A DNA stretch of 64,000 bases from the human T2T-CHM13v2.0 reference genome, Homo sapiens: NCBI RefSeq assembly GCF_009914755.1, contig NC_060925.1. One strand, 5' to 3'. A program made the position numbers and the translations under genes. The notes beneath the pieces are model-generated. The model was not told where the DNA came from, made no database searches, and saw nothing but the letters and a program-made list of their open reading frames with translations. Below, piece after piece: positions 15,935 to 28,719 of the stretch (its first letter is position 1; the number at the start of each line of letters is the position of its first letter).

Positions 15935-16920
15935 AATTCATTCAACAAACACTGAATGCTAACCATGTGCCGGAATGTCCCGTAGGCACTGAAGATTCAC
16001 AGTGACATCATTTGATTTACATTTTAGAACTATCACTCTGGCTCCTATGTGGAAAAAAGACATCAGAGTGACAAAGTCAAAAGCAGAGAAGAAAGTAAGG
16101 AACTAATTCCAATAGTCCAGGAGAGAAATGATGATAGCTTGAGGTATGACAGTAATCATGGAGGTAGTGCTAAGTGATAGGATTCACAATACAGTTTGAA
16201 GGTAGAGCCAATAGGACTTACTGATGGACCAGAAGAGATGTAGGAGGGGCCTAGGAAAATACAAGAGTAGATATGACAATTACAGAGATGGAAAGTCTTT
16301 TGGAAAGGCTCAAGAGTTCTGTTTTTGAGATGTTGAGTGGCATGGAGTAGACAGTTAAAAATATGAGTCAAGACTTCAGAGGAAAGGACCAGCTGGAAAA
16401 AGGTGGAAGTGGTTGGCAGGTAAATGGTGCTCAAAGATGGGTGTATGGATGTGATAAACTAGGCAATGAATATAGAAAGGAAAAATTCCAAACCATGGGG
16501 ACTCCAACACCTAGAATTCAGGAAGAGAACAGGAGCTGGAAAAGAGATTGAAAAAGACTATTCAGAGAGATAGAGAAGTCCAAGAGTTCAGTGTCCTGTA
16601 AGCTAAGTGAAGAAAAGTTTTCAAGAAGGAGGGAATATTTAATTGTGTTAAATTCAGCAGAAAGTAGAAGATAAGAAATTAGACTTGACTACTCATTTGG
16701 CCACATCAAGTCATCAGGGACAATTGACTTTGACAAGAGCAGCTTCAGTGAAATGCTGGCTCTGAAAGTCTGGTTTCATAGCCAACATGTCACTATGATG
16801 GACTCCTCAGAGGAAGAAGTAAGGTAGTAGAAGAATGTAAACATGTTTCCAAGAGATTTTCAGTGAAAGAAAACAATATATGGGGCAGAATCCAGAGAGG
16901 GACATTTGGCCAAGTGAAGC
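15935..16920 (-). mobile_element. L2 LINE fragment including 3' terminus
   Basis: attcattcaacaaacactgaatgctaaccatgtgcc (antisense L2 tail) followed by a purine-rich L2 body (aatagtccaggagagaaatgatg, ttgaaggtagagccaataggac). Confidence 0.8.
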
Positions 16921-17119
16921 TTTTGCTGTTTATTGATATGTGCTTAAGGAAGTTGGAATTCTTTAGGTGGTAAAAGGAATAATGACCTGGAAGTCATGAT
17001 AAGAAACAACAACTATCTTGTTTTTAGTTAGGGGACAGTGTAGGAGAAAACAGTCATTTATTTATCGTATAATTTTAAAATTTTATGTTTTCCTATTTCC
17101 TCGACATCATCACAAATAA

Positions 17120-17485
17120 GCTGTACATCCAGGTACGCCAATGTGATAAGACTGGCCCTGCCACAATTTTCCCTTCTTGACATCCCATGACTGTGACCGA
17201 CTGACATTCAAATGCACCAATGAAATTCTCTCCAGACTTTTGCTGTATCCTCCACCCTGAACCCCAATCAAGACACTTGCCCACAGGTCCTCACTGCCTC
17301 TCAGCTCCCTGCCTGTTTGGTTGAGCCCACTTTCTTGGCACTCTTTCCTGTGACCTCCTCTTGATGTACAATGTCTCTGTCTCCCAAGGATCTGTGAGTA
17401 TAATAAACCTCATTTTCCTGGGCCTCTCCTGTGACCCTCTTGCGGCTGCACTTGACCGATCATCACCTGAAAGAACACAGAACAC
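17120..17485 (+). mobile_element. ERVL-type LTR fragment (MER74/MER54 group)
   Basis: ggatctgtgagtataataaac (polyA signal region) and the ttgaccgatcatcacctgaaagaacaca terminus. Confidence 0.55.
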
Positions 17486-20399
17486 TGGGTGAAAAGGTTG
17501 CAAGGAAAAGAGTATCCTCAGGGAACTGGAAGGTCCTGCTATAGCATACAGTTGAAGGGAACATTCTGAAAACAGTCTAAGGTAGAGGGGATTTTGCTAA
17601 TGACAGACCATATGTTGCAAAGCACACGATGCAAAGATTTGAAGGGTTGAGTTTGGGAGGGGTGGAACTGTGAGTCATAAGATAATGAACAAGGCTTACA
17701 GCACAAAGGCTCTGGGAAGTCTGAGCTGCTTCTGTTGAGTGGGAGCCACAGGGGTATTGAGCATATTGATATTTTATGACATTGTGTTCCTTGCTTCATT
17801 ATCTCTAGGCTGCCTTTAATGTTTACTGTATTATATTCCATAATTTAAATAAATCAGTGAGGATGGGAGAGACAAAAATATAATATACAATGTGATGTGG
17901 CCAGAATACCAGATGGCATGGAGAATTTAGAATATGTTTGTGTCTGGTATAGGAGAGGGAAAGAATCTGAAGGGGCACTGAGTTCCTCATGAGACATGAA
18001 TTTGTAGGGTTCTTAGAGACAGATATAAGATATATGGATATACTTCACTGGCCACTATGAAAGATTAAGAAACCTCTCACTTTTTTTTGTTCTCTCACCC
18101 ACCTACCTTTCCTAAGAACGAGAGGATTGGACAGGGGAAACTGGGAAAGCAAACGTCAGAGAATCAGTAGAAATCAGAACATAGGAAATCAAAGGACAAA
18201 CTTCCAATACTCCCAATTATTTTCATGCATTTTTTTACTGCAAATAATTTTCCATTTAAATTTTTCCATGTTTATTATATTTTTAAGACTTTACTTTTAG
18301 AATAATAAAAAGGAATTGTATTTAGACCTGAGACCTTAATGAATTTCTTATACCTATTTATTTTATATTTCTTTTTCCCTTCAACTTACCTTTAATTTTT
18401 ATTTTGTGTGAGTACATAATAAGTGTATATATTTATGGAGTATATGACATATTTTGATACAGGCATGCAATTCACAATTACCTTCTTGTTTTCATTTCCT
18501 TTATCAAATGGAATGGAACCTTATAAAGCTTTGAATAAGAGAAGTATAGTATATGTATGGGCAGGAATGAGAAATAAATTATGACTCACAAGCAGAACTG
18601 CAATTTATGTATGATGAATCTATCACCTAGAAAAAAATCAACTCTAGCTTTTCTAGTTAGAGCCTTCTCAAAACTTTCTGCATGCTTCCTTTCTCTGATT
18701 TTTATTATGTAAAACTTGATAAAAACTTTACTCTTCCTGGGGTGCTTGAATATCTATAGTCACACTTGCTAGACATTGTTTAAAATCCTCAGATTATATT
18801 TTTTCCTGATTCAGTATAACATCATGTAACTATTTTTTCTCTCAGTTACTCATGCTTATTAAAATGACACGATAAATCTATGTGTATTTCTCTTAAGGCA
18901 AAGATTAATGTTGAGTGTTAATAAATTGCCCTTTTACTCAGCTATGCAATTTGTTCCCAATAGCATCCTAGTGCTATTGGGAAACAAAGCCACAGATCAT
19001 TACTTCAGGCTCATCTCCTTCTCTGTGCAACCAAATGGAAACATATCTTGCATACTTTAGATAAAGGACTAGTTCCTGTTATGCCACATTGGTAGTAGTA
19101 TTTAATTGGGATAAATATCTAAATCACCCTATGTTTAAAAACTATGAACAATATCAGGGTAAAAAGAAATGTGGGGTTGGATAGCAATTTTTCTATCTCC
19201 CCAAAGTCTTAGGAAACTGATAGCCACAACGAATCTTACAAAGAGGAAGCTAATGTGTCAGCTCAAACTCTTTGAAAAAAGGGGTACAAACCCAGGCCAA
19301 AGTCTTTGAAAAGGACAGCCAGAAAGATCCATATGACTCAAAAACTCCTAACCTTACCTCCTCTCAAAGAAAAAAATTATAAATAACAAAGAAAGGAACT
19401 AAATAGAGCATACCCTACAAAAATAAAATAAAAAAAAATTTAGGCCACACTTGCAACCATTTATAGCAAAGCAGATGAGAAGGTATATGACAAACCCAGA
19501 CATATGACCAAGGCAGCCCCCAAGATTTTTTTTTTTTACTCAACTACATAAAAAAATAATTTTATTACATATTTTCCATTAAGACACAAAATCTACAGGG
19601 GTATATCATATTGACTTTTATTAAATGGGAGAAAGTTCAAGATAAAAGACAATTTAAAAAGTGAAAGAAAAGAATGAGTTTGAGAAAATCTTATCAGAAA
19701 TTAAGTTCTGGTGAGTGAAAATTGGGTTGTGAGGAGTGGGATACTGGTATAAAAAGATCTCCAAATAAGATGTCTCCCTGCTTCATCCTTCTCCCCATTA
19801 ATTCCATGAATAAGATACATAAATGTCACCTTGTTAATATTTTGCCTTTGGTGAATTGTAGGCAAGTGAAACCTTTTTAGGGAGAGGTGATGAAATAAGA
19901 TAAATCTATTTTTGGTCCTGATTTTCTCTGTAGATGCTAAGGTTCAGGATTGCATTCTACATTGCGAAAATGGCAGGAAACTTGAAGGTTTCTGCCAAAG
20001 CAAATGGATATGAGCCCTAAATTGGCACAGAAAATTGTAGGACAAATATTAATTTTATATCAAATCTGAAGGAAACTCTTAAGATTATTTATGTTATAAG
20101 TAAGAAAAAAAAAAGAAATGACATAGCCTGAATTCTAAAAACTTCAGAACACACAAAGAAAAAAAGTAGAAATAAACATATATCAATAAACACATTAAAT
20201 CAGTTCTGAATATTTAAGAGTACATAAACATGTTTTAAGAATCTACGCAGAAAATGAAGCCAGCCCTAGGACTTGTGAGACAGGATGAATGCTTAGGCTG
20301 CCCACTTGAATCACATGGAATGTATTTCCCACAAGAAAGAAACATTCTGTTACCATAAGCATGTAGAAAGGGTGATGGGAAGGCAAAACATCAGAAAAT

Positions 20400-21027
20400 C
20401 ACTAAGATAAGTACATAATAATAAAAGTTTAAGTTTATCAGGAAGATATAACAATTCAAAAGAAAGTAACTTCAAATATGTAAACCAAAAGTTGGGTGAA
20501 CTATAAGAAAATTTGGCAAATCCATAGCCATAGTTAGAGTTTTCAACATGCTTCTCTCAATTTTCAATAGGATAAACAAAGAACAAGTCAGGAAAGAATA
20601 TTTAAATTGCACAATTACCAAACACAGTCTTTAAAAATGTATGTGGAGCTATGCAAGTAAGAATTAGAATATATACATTTTTCTTAAGTACATATAAAAA
20701 GTTTGCAAAACCATTTCAAAAACCTAATATATTATCAACCATATTATCTGAACACAATGAAATTAATTAGTCAATTCCAAAAAGACAAATGAAAACCCAC
20801 ATACTTAAAAAATTTCAAAGATCACTTCTAAATACCTTACAAGTCAGCGAAGAAATGTTCACAGAAATTTGAAAATACTACAAGATAAACAATAATGTAA
20901 ATGTTGTATATAAAAACTTATGTGATCCAAAAAAGTAGTATTAGAAAGATTTTATAGATTAAAATGCTTATATTAGAAAAGAAAAAAAGGCCACAAATTT
21001 ATGAGTAGTAATCTAACTTAAGAAAGG
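20400..21027 (+). mobile_element. Ancient L1M/L1ME ORF2 (endonuclease region) remnant
   Basis: A-rich with atcaggaagatataacaatt, ttcaacatgcttctctcaa, tctgaacacaatgaaattaa and aatgcttatattagaaaagaa. It may extend left to ~19100. Confidence 0.65.
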
Positions 21028-21482
21028 TGCTATGGTTTAAATGTGTTTTCCAAAATTTTTGTGCTGGAAACTTAACCTCAATGCAACAGTGTTGAGAAGT
21101 GAGACGTTTAAGAGATGATTAGGGCATGAGGACTCTGCCTTCATGAATATAGATTAATGCCATTATCATGGGAGTGTGTTAGTTATCTCAAGAGTGAACT
21201 TGTTTTAAAAGTGAGTTCTGTCCCCTTTGGTCACTTGCGCTCTCGCTCTCTCTCTTTCTCTCTCTCTCTCGCGCGCGCTCTCTCTCTCTTTCTCTCTCTC
21301 TCTCTCCCTTTTGCCTTTCCACCTTCCTCCATAGGATGATACAGCAAGAAAGCCCTCACCAAAGGAGGAATCTCCAACCTTAAACTTCTCAGCCTCCAGA
21401 ATTGCAAGAAATAAGTCTCCGTCTTTTATAAATTACCCAGTCTCAGGTATTCTGTTATAGCAGCGCAAAACAAACTAAGACA
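21028..21482 (+). mobile_element. MST-family MaLR solo LTR (MSTC/MSTB-like)
   Basis: TGCTATGGTTT...ataaattacccagtctcaggtattctgttatagcagcgcaaaacaaactaagaCA. 5-bp flanks aaagg/aatgg. Internal (CT)n expansion. Confidence 0.9.
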
Positions 21483-22498
21483 AATGGCTAGTGATGCAGG
21501 ATGTTACAAATAATAACTACAAATTTATGACTAGTTACAAATATTAACTAACGCCTCATGAAAGTTGCAGACATTAGAAATATGGTAAGCTACTTTATAT
21601 CTACTCTGAGAGAGAGAGAGAGAGAGCAGGGTTGGGGGGGGGGGAGAGAGAGAGAGAGAGAATGTTTCTATTTTTCCTGTATAGCTTTCTTCTCCTCATT
21701 TATATAGGATGAATTCTTTGCTAGTAACTTTACAATTTTTTCCACAACTTACAAAATACCAAGATATGATACCAAGATATGTATCTGTAATAGAATAGAA
21801 ATGAACATTATGAACATTATCCAGGAAAGAATGCAGAAATAGATGAGACTGTGGACCTCCCTTTTGAGGAGAGAATAAGTGAGTTTTCAGTTGAGCAAAG
21901 GGTAATTGAATTATGTTATATTGTTTTTACTTTTATGTTGTTGACGTTATTGTTCTTGTTGTTCTAGTTTTCATTGTTCTTGCTTGAAATTTTAGGTATG
22001 AGAATAAGGTTTGAATAGATGTTGAATAGTTAAAGGAGTATTTAGTTGGCTAATTCAATGCCCATTCGAGCTCACCTCTAGTTCGTCTTCCTAGTTTTCT
22101 AAAGGCTGGAAAGTTAAAGATTCTATTTCTTAGACTCACTTGCAATTGGGGTGCAAGTAAGTGATCTATGCTCTGTATCTATATAAGACTTGAGTTCATT
22201 ATAAGCAAGAGGAAAAAAAAATACATGAAGCAGAAAGGAACTGGTTCTTCTTTAGCAGGTGTAATGGTTAATTTTATGTGTCAGCTTGGTTAGGCTATGG
22301 TGGCCAGTTGTTTGGTCAAACATTAGTATAGATGGTGCTGTACAGAATGTGATTTTAAGAATCACATTTTAAGAATGTGATTTTAAGAATCTTTTAAAAA
22401 TGTGATTAACATTTACAATCAGTACACTTTGAGTAAAGCAGATTACTCTCCATAATGTGGGTGAGCTTCATCCAATCAGTTGAAAGCCTGGAAGGAAA

Positions 22499-22956
22499 TA
22501 TGAGAAAACACTTTAAATGGTCAATTTTGAGGCATGATAAATCTAAGTACTGGCAGGCAGCCTGCAGATGTGACAAACCGCATGGCTCGTGCACCTAAAA
22601 AGTCACAATAAGGAAACAGTATGTAGAGGAGGGGTCAGCCCATAAAAGGGAAGAAAGTTTCACTATTGCGAAATCGAAACTTAAGCGGGGAAGGGGACCG
22701 GGCTATAAACTTGTAAGGGGGATAATGAAACTTAGGCGACCTCCGGGAAGATTGTAACCCCATAGTTTGACCAATGAGGAACTGGGGGAGGGACTTGCGT
22801 GCTAGAAGATAAATTACCTGCTGTAACTGCCCCAGGTATGCTGGCCTACCAGACACACAATCTTGGAAAACCACCATTAAAAGTCTCACTTCCACTGTTC
22901 TTCGTGTCTCCAAGTCCATTCTTTGGGTTTGGACGGTTGAGTGTGTGTTTCTCACA
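22499..22956 (+). mobile_element. ERV1 solo LTR (LTR46-like)
   Basis: T(A)TGAGAAAACA...GTTTCTCACA inverted termini, ~458 bp. Flanks ggaaa/ggcaa, CCAAT box, attaaa signal, CpGs partly retained. Confidence 0.75.
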
Positions 22957-23103
22957 GGCAAAGACTGAGGTTTCTCAAAGAAGAAACAAGTCTGCGTCGA
23001 GACTGCAATATAAAGACCTACCTGCTAACTTGCCCCACAGATTTCAGTCTTGCCAGCTCCCACAATTAAACAATCACATGAGCCAATTCCTTAAAATAGA
23101 TGG

Positions 23104-23120
23104 TAGATAGATAGATAGAT

Positions 23121-23210
<90 letters not shown>

Positions 23211-23222
23211 GATAGATAGATA
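23104..23222 (+). repeat. Compound (GATA)n microsatellite with GAT interruptions
   Basis: Directly visible. Confidence 0.98.
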
Positions 23223-23332
23223 ATTGTGTTTTTCTGGAGCACTCTAATTAAATAGACATGGCAGAGCTTTTGGTATCCATTCCAGAACATCAGTGATCCA
23301 AACAGATCAAAGTAGGTGTGGTGTTTCTGCTA

Positions 23333-23339
23333 GGATAGC

Positions 23340-23394
<55 letters not shown>
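23333..23394 (+). repeat. (GATA)n microsatellite, second copy
   Basis: Directly visible. Confidence 0.98.
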
Positions 23395-23799
23395 CAGTAT
23401 TTTTCTGGAGAACTCTGACTAATTACATAGATGTGGTAGAGCTTTTGGTGTCCATTCCAGAACATCAGTGATCCAAGCAGGTTCAAAGTAGGTGTGGTGT
23501 TCCTGCTAGAATAGTTCAAGGTGTACAGAGTGGAATTTTTTTGGCTTCATAGTTCCTGGACATGTTTTCCAGGATGAGTACTACAAAATTATGTAAGCCT
23601 TGTATTTGTCAATAAATGTCATTCTCCTTAAACTGGCTAGAGTGAATTCTGTGGTCTGTAGCCGTCCACAACATAGGTTTCCTATAGATAGCCTATGTTT
23701 TCTGTAGTCTGTAGCAACATAGGTACAGATAACCTGTGGTCTGTAGCAACATAGGTTTCCTATAGATAGCGATGTCCAAATCTGGAATGATCTTTTTAA

Positions 23800-24350
23800 A
23801 ATATAACTCTGAGGATGTCACTATTCTACCTAGAATCCTTTAATGATCCCTCGTCAAACATAGAAACCTTTACAAAGTTTCCAATACACTCTTCTTAACT
23901 CACCCTTCCAACTTTGTCTCCCACCTCTCTACACATGGTGCTTCCATTGCAGTCACATCAAACTACTCAGAGTCTCAGTTGCTTTTGCATCATTTTCTCT
24001 TTCTGGAATGGCCATCACCTTGTACTTCTCCTGGTCCACATGAAGAACTGCATCTCACACTCAACTATAACTTTCTCTAGAATGATTGCTTAGAACTCCA
24101 ACCAGTTAAACATTCTCTTTTATGTGCACTCCTTGTATGTGTGCTAAGAGTCATTTTCTATGCCTTTACTATTAAATGTATGTCATTATTTCATTTATTA
24201 ATTATCAATTCCTATCTTGCCACACACACTAGAATATGTGATTATGAAGAACATAAAATGTATGCTGTTCATTTTTTTGTGTTTTTAAAACCTGAAATCT
24301 TACTTGGCATATAATAGCTTCCCAATGCTTTGGTGGATTAATGAATGATT
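23800..24350 (+). mobile_element. L2 LINE 3' fragment
   Basis: gtcactattctacctagaatcctttaatg...cttggcatataatag...ggattaatgaatga. Confidence 0.6.
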
Positions 24351-24659
24351 TAATTGATGTAGCAGCATCAGTTTTTGCACATCGCAATTTTTCTTAGTCC
24401 TAGCATTTTTATTGATTCCATGGCAACAAAGTGCTTGAGTAATCTCATAGGCTATTACTCACATCCAATTGAGCTCACTAGCAGGAAGGATCATACCCAG
24501 AAGCTTTTTCAGAGAATACAGAGGTAAAAAATAACTTAAATTCATGTTGCTTATGTTACTCAAATACTCACAGAAATATACAAAAGAACGACATTATCCA
24601 AAAAAATGCATTGACTTCCCACCAGTGTCCATCTGCTGATTTCTGACTAATGATCAAGC

Positions 24660-24895
24660 TCAAAGGCTTCAGAATCAAACAAACTTGAGCTCAAAACACC
24701 TCCATCACATGCTAGGCTGCAGAGATCTTAGGAAAGTTACCTAACCTCTCTAAGATTCACTTGCCTCATGTAGTAAACATAACTTATAAATACCTACCTC
24801 TACAAAATGTGATGAGAATTAAGTATATGAAATAATAATCACAGTATCAAACACATGATAAGCACTAAATGTTAGCCATATATATCATTATTATT
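24660..24895 (+). mobile_element. MIR SINE
   Basis: ggcttcagaatcaaac...cttaggaaagttacctaacctctctaag...gtgatgagaattaag...aagcactaaatgttagc. Confidence 0.75.
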
Positions 24896-25346
24896 ATTGT
24901 AGCATGTTAATCAAGGAGGAATTTATAGAGATTAATGCCTGTGAAGAGAGATTTTTATAGCCCATTGAAACATCTTTACAGTGCATACATGTATTTATTT
25001 TTATGTGGAAATTACACCTATTCCTTAATTTTGTGAAAAAATAAAATTGGGCAATGAGCAACAAGAGGTCAAAGAGTAACGCCTTCATCATATACTGACT
25101 TTATATTTACTAACTGTCCTCTTAAGACAGATGTGTACTACATCATTAATTCTTATAACACTCTTGATTTGTTAGAGAATGCTCCTATGCTCTCTTTCCT
25201 AACACGTTCATCTATAGTATTTCAGATTACCTGCTAAGAAGTGGGCATCAAGACACGATGACTATCTCTGAAGGAAAAGGAAGACAAAAAGGGCAAAACT
25301 CACCAGGCTTCGATTAACAGAAGTGTCTTTGACATACAGTATTTTA

Positions 25347-25616
25347 TTTTTTATTTTTATTTTTATTTTTGAGATGGAGTCCTCCTTTGTCACCCAGGCT
25401 GGAGTGCAGCGGTGCGATGTGATTCTTCTGCCTCAGCCTCCTGATTAGCTGGGACTACAGGCACACACCATCACGCCCAGCTAATTTTGTATTTTTAGTA
25501 GAGATGGGGTTTCACCATGTTGGACAGGATTGTCTCGAACTCCTCACCTCAAGTGATCCACCAGCCTTGGCCTCCCAAAGTGCTGAGATTACAGGCCTGA
25601 GCCACCACACCCAGCC
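25347..25616 (-). mobile_element. AluS (Sz/Sx-like) with ~35-bp internal deletion in the right monomer
   Basis: 14-bp TSD catacagtatttta at 25333-25346 and 25617-25630. ggtgcgat joins gtgattcttctgcc, skipping the ctcggctcactgcaacctcc...ttcaa segment. Confidence 0.92.
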
Positions 25617-26522
25617 CATACAGTATTTTAGAAGCAATGAACCAGACAATCTTTCTGCTGAGGTGGTCCAAGCACAGTCTTCCGTGAAGGTAAAAGTAGC
25701 CAAGTAATTGAGTATAGTAATATTTTTTAGCTACATGATTTGTTAATAAAATTAGGGACCTCAAGATTATCTGTCTCCTCACCATGTAACAGCACCCTTA
25801 TACAGTCATTAGCTGTACTTGTAATTTTGAACTAAAGTAGGAGTTAACTTGATTACTATGTTTGCAGTATCTTTTCATTTTATCTTTTCATTTTAAACTA
25901 AGTAATGTTAAAAGAGCACACTGAAAGCACTTACAACATGAAACATCAATACATCCTTCCCTCATAGAAGCAGATAAACAAAACCAATTGCTCCCAAAGA
26001 AGAGGGGTTTTTAAATGAATAACTTAAGCAAACTGAAAGCAACCTGAAATCAAGTAACCACTATATCAAAGCCTAATAGCCCTTATCCTTTTTTTCTCTG
26101 GCTGTTTACAAGGCATTAGCCTGGGTGTCCCACGGCATTAGCCTGAGTGTCCCATGGTGATTCACTGACATATTGTGTCCTCCTTCTATCCTTTTTCTCT
26201 AGCTCCCTTTAAGTTAAAGTTCAGTTTTAAAGAACATTCTCCATGCAGATGGAGCACATAGAAGAGATGAAAATCAAATTGATATGTCTTTCTAAACATG
26301 CAGATTACCTGGGAGGAAGGTATAGAGAGCAAGAATAATGAAGCCTTTTTATTTAGTACCTATTAAATAGAAAGAATTATAATTATATATATTAAATTTA
26401 GTAACCCATACAGTGATCCTGTGGGATAGATATCACAAAACCCCTTTTATAGATGATTTAACTAATGTTCAGAGAAGTGAAGTCATTTGCCCAAATTTAC
26501 GCATGTAAGAAATAGCAGAACC

Positions 26523-26890
<368 letters not shown>

Positions 26891-26902
26891 TTATATTGAT
26901 AA

Positions 26903-27378
<476 letters not shown>

Positions 27379-27529
27379 TAATCAATAATAGTATCTAACA
27401 TAGATCTATTTAGTGTAATTATGTTAAAAAACAGATTTTCTCTTTTTGAATATTAATTATTAAACAAAAAATTATGATCTCCAATGTCAACACATGCTAA
27501 TATGCCCATTATCATTGATAACATATTAC

Positions 27530-28400
27530 ATGTCGAGTAATATGGTAAGTTCTGGACACATAGGTAAACAAAACAAGATGTGGTCCCTGCCCTTAAAGAG
27601 CTTACAGCCCAGTAAAGGAGACTGCTTACTAATTCAACAAATCTAAACTTTTCATTATGATTAGTGCCATAAAAGAGAGTTACATGGTGCTTGAGACTGG
27701 GCAAGAGGTCACGGTCAGAGGTTTCATGGCTAAGCTGAGGAAGGAAGAATATCAGTTTATTCAGTGATAAGAAGACAGAAGGGTTTTCCAGACTGAAGAA
27801 GAGCACGTGCAAAGGTCCATTCATAGGAGGGAAGGGGCATGATATATGTGTAGGACTGAAAGAAAGCCAGTGATGCTAAAGAAATGAGAGCAGGCTCAGG
27901 GAAGGTTAAAGAGGGAGATGGCCCAGACCACTCAGGACCTTGTAATCTATGTTTAATACTTTCTTTTTAAACTTTAAAATGATTGAAAACCACTGGAGGG
28001 TTTCAAGTGGGACAATGACATAATATAATTTGCATTTCAGAAAGATCGCTCTGGCTGCAAGACGCACAAGGAATTGGAGAGGGTCTGAAGATGAAGCAGG
28101 TAATCAGTCAGAAGGCCATTTTTTGGTCTTTCCTGGGTCATGGTAACTGCTACTAAGGCAGTGGTGGTAGTGGAAGGAGAAAATATTAAAGATGTTTGGT
28201 AGCTATTAGGATGTACTAGATTGAATGCAGAAGTAAGAAAACAGGAAACATCAAAATAACTCATAAATTTTTGGCCTAAGAATTTAGTAGATGGTGTCCT
28301 TTCTAAGAAGAACTGCAAAAGAATCATGTTGGGGGTTAAGGTGGTAGTTTTATATGTTGAGATTCAGACATAGAAGAGAGGTCCTTTGTGTAGCTAGACA
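27530..28400 (-). mobile_element. L2 LINE fragment
   Basis: tggtccctgcccttaaagagcttacag...agcacgtgcaaaggtcc...ttgcatttcagaaagatcgctctggctgc. Confidence 0.75.
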
Positions 28401-28454
28401 TAGGGGTCTTCATCTCTCTCAGGAAAACTATTCAAAGCTAAAAATTGGTGTTGT

Positions 28455-28719
28455 CCGCATATTTTCACTTATAAGTGGGAGTTGAACAATGAGAACACAT
28501 GGACACGGTGTGGGGGCATCACACACCAGGGCCTGTCAGGGGGTCAAGGGCTGGGGAAGGAATAGCATTAGGAGAAATACGTAATGTAGATGATGGGTTG
28601 ATGTGTGCAGCAAACCAACATGGCACAGGTATACCTATGTAACAAACCTGCACATTCTGCACTTGTACCCCAGAACATAAAGTATAATCATTAAAAAATT
28701 AAAATAATATGAAAAAAAT
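28455..28719 (+). mobile_element. L1PA7/8-like 3' end, heavily 5'-truncated
   Basis: L1 3'UTR (atagcattaggagaaatac...aacaaacctgcacattctgcac). 14-bp TSD aaaattggtgttgt at 28441-28454 and 28720-28733. Confidence 0.92.

Larger units (their letters stand above)
22260..23255 (+). mobile_element. MLT2 (C/D-like) ERVL solo LTR, interrupted by an ERV1 LTR and GATA STR
   Basis: TGTAATGGTTAATTTTATGTGTCA start. cttcatccaatcagttgaaagcc resumes after the insertion as agactgaggtttc...atgagccaattccttaaaat. The end motif ttctggagaactctgactaa is duplicated. Confidence 0.85.
22050..23662 (+). mobile_element. Old ERVL LTR (LTR67B/LTR16-like), split by MLT2
   Basis: ggctggaaagttaaagattctatttcttagactcacttgcaattgg on the left. 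caataaatgtcattctccttaaactggctagagtgaattctgtgg (LTR 3' end) on the right. Confidence 0.55.

Noticed and set aside
23066-23519. Two similar ORFs with IYLS repeats; repeat-spacer look
   Set aside because: Translation of (TATC)n microsatellites within a tandem duplication. Not a gene pair and not a CRISPR array.
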